From: Promethearchaeota archaeon
GTDB taxonomy: Archaea > Asgardarchaeota > Lokiarchaeia > Sigyniarchaeales > SOKP01
Reading direction: 5' to 3'
Assembly (NCBI GenBank): GCA_011364925.1
Contig: RDOA01000007.1
Coordinates: forward strand, 6,936-70,935
DNA length: 64,000 nt
Shown piece after piece: positions 62,663-64,000 of this stretch (position 1 is its first letter; each line of letters opens with the position of its first letter). The translations under genes were made by a program, and so were the position numbers. The notes below the pieces were generated by a model that made no database searches, was not told the DNA's origin, and worked only from the letters and a program-made list of their open reading frames with translations.

Positions 62663-64000
62663 ATGAATAATGCAAGACATATTTCAATCTTGGGAATCAT
62701 CTCTCTCGGATTAATCTTTAGTTTATCGTTCTTTAATTTCGCGACGTTGATTCCCGATAAAAAAACTGATACTTTAGCCCTAATTAATCCCAAAAGTTCT
62801 TCAATTGATCCTTTCCTTTATGAAGACTATTTAACAATAGGAGGGAGTTACATCGCAATATCTAGCGATATCAAATTGGATAGCTCAAATAATATCTACA
62901 TTACCGGTTCACTACAACTCGATGAAACTGAGGATACTGAAGCTTTTCTAGCTAAATTTGACAATACTGGATCTCAATTGTGGTTTATAACATGGGGTGG
63001 TGATTATGCTGATTCTGGAGGGGGAATTGCGTTCGATTCCACGGGCAATGTATACATGGGAGGATCAACATCCAGTTTTGGTCCGGCCGTACCTGATGCA
63101 AACTGGTTTTTAGCAAAATTTGATAGTTCAGGTAATCAACTGTGGAATTATTCATGGGGAACTGGTGAAGGAGAATGGGGAGGAGCAATAGTCGTAGATT
63201 CAGCGGATTATATTTATTACACTGGTTCCACTTGGGGTCACGGAGGACCTTCGGCAAATGTAGGATTAATAAAGTTCAGTAGTGCCGGAGTACTTCAATG
63301 GGACCGTTATTGGGGTCCCGGTGGTTATGACTCCCCTAGAGATATAGCCATTGATGCTTCAGACAATATTTACATTATTGCTGGTTCTGATACAAGGAGT
63401 CTCGGAGGCAGGGATGTAGCACTGATTAAATACAATAGTGCGGGAACGTTACAATGGGATACAGCGTGGGGCGGCACTGGTTACGACGATCCAAGAGGAA
63501 TGACACTTGATACTTCAGGTAATATCTATATCACAGGAATGACGGATAGTTTTGGAGTTGGTGATTACGATATTTTTGTTACGAAATTCGATGGAACACC
63601 TACTCAGCTCTGGAATTTCACATGGGGAGGTGTCAATTCAGATATTCCAAGAGCAATCGCAGTAGATACGGCTAACAACATGTATATTGGCGGTCATACC
63701 GAGAGTTTTGGTTCTGGAGATAGCGATATAGTTACAATTAAATACGACAATACTAGAGTTCAGCAATGGAATAAAACTTGGGGAGGAACTGGTTACGAGG
63801 AATGTACAGATTTGCAGATTGATTCTTCAAATTATACGTATATCACAGGGCAAGTTAATAGCTTCAATACGGTATCTACAAATGTTTTGTTACTTAAATA
63901 CAATAATTCAGGTAATGAAGAATGGTATAAATCTTGGGATGGAGAAAGTAGGGATGAATGTCGAGAAATAGCTTTTGATTTGCAAGGAAATTATTATTTG
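62663..64000 (+). CDS. SBBP beta-propeller repeat surface protein, 5' part (runs off the window end)
   Basis: Not in the track because there is no stop. Hand translation from ATG 62663 gives MNNARHISILGIISLGLIFSLSFF..., followed by repeated GGIAFDSTGNVYMGGSTSSFG...FLAKFDSSGNQLWNYSWG units. Paralogous to 59510..62005. Confidence 0.8.
   Translation, partial: MNNARHISILGIISLGLIFSLSFFNFATLIPDKKTDTLALINPKSSSIDPFLYEDYLTIGGSYIAISSDIKLDSSNNIYITGSLQLDETEDTEAFLAKFDNTGSQLWFITWGGDYADSGGGIAFDSTGNVYMGGSTSSFGPAVPDANWFLAKFDSSGNQLWNYSWGTGEGEWGGAIVVDSADYIYYTGSTWGHGGPSANVGLIKFSSAGVLQWDRYWGPGGYDSPRDIAIDASDNIYIIAGSDTRSLGGRDVALIKYNSAGTLQWDTAWGGTGYDDPRGMTLDTSGNIYITGMTDSFGVGDYDIFVTKFDGTPTQLWNFTWGGVNSDIPRAIAVDTANNMYIGGHTESFGSGDSDIVTIKYDNTRVQQWNKTWGGTGYEECTDLQIDSSNYTYITGQVNSFNTVSTNVLLLKYNNSGNEEWYKSWDGESRDECREIAFDLQGNYYL

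Noticed and set aside
62985-63257. 90-aa minus-strand ORF
   Set aside because: It is antisense to the SBBP repeat protein frame that begins at 62663.
1-64000. Search by eye for tRNA/rRNA genes, CRISPR arrays, transposases, integrases, toxin-antitoxin pairs or known defence genes
   Set aside because: I found no GC-rich cloverleaf-like islands in intergenic regions, no regularly spaced direct repeats, and no DDE, tyrosine- or serine-recombinase motifs. The PD-(D/E)xK ORF at 15590..16387 is solitary, with no methyltransferase or ATPase partner that would indicate a defence system.

Overview
This is an AT-rich, gene-dense chromosomal segment with about 60 protein genes on both strands. I saw no rRNA, tRNA, CRISPR array, transposase or integrase. 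The gene content reads as archaeal: an MtrH-family methyltransferase, an Ogg2-type glycosylase, an eL13-like protein and an archaeosortase-like protein. By inference it is most consistent with an Asgard (Loki-type) genome, because it is crowded with eukaryote-like small GTPases fused to longin-like and Roadblock-like domains.

The main signal lies at about 10-33 kb:
- Two paralogous three-domain proteins (longin-like, Arf-like GTPase, Roadblock-like).
- A Rag-like GTPase with an HKxD G4 motif and a C-terminal Roadblock-like domain. It sits directly upstream of a zinc-ribbon/disordered-linker/Roadblock protein.
- A Rab/Ras-like GTPase carrying the same longin-like N-domain.
- A soluble longin-like + winged-helix protein.
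- A 1191-aa single-pass surface receptor whose cytoplasmic tail has that same longin-like + winged-helix architecture.

I propose, as inference, that these form a membrane-anchored GTPase regulatory module resembling a primitive Rag/Ragulator/GATOR arrangement.

The rest is mostly housekeeping or accessory metabolism: ppsA, a macro domain protein, a DegT aminotransferase, a PfkB kinase, a nitroreductase, a CocE/NonD hydrolase, threonine dehydratase, an enolase-superfamily enzyme, 3-hydroxyacyl-CoA dehydrogenase, kbl/tdh, an HDAC-family enzyme, MFS/AEC/ABC transporters and Fe-S proteins.

Structural oddities:
- Two inserted segments are each flanked by long direct duplications of a neighbouring gene end (the ppsA 5' end and the HDAC 3' end). 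The second creates an ABC/HDAC chimeric pseudogene.
- There are three apparent frameshifts. Two sit in homopolymers a few codons after an out-of-frame ATG.
- Several genes have homology-supported N-termini that lie upstream of any ATG/GTG/TTG.
- Two 7-TM genes are tandemly duplicated.
- Two SBBP beta-propeller surface protein genes are arranged divergently.

All function calls come from motif recognition by eye. No database search was run.
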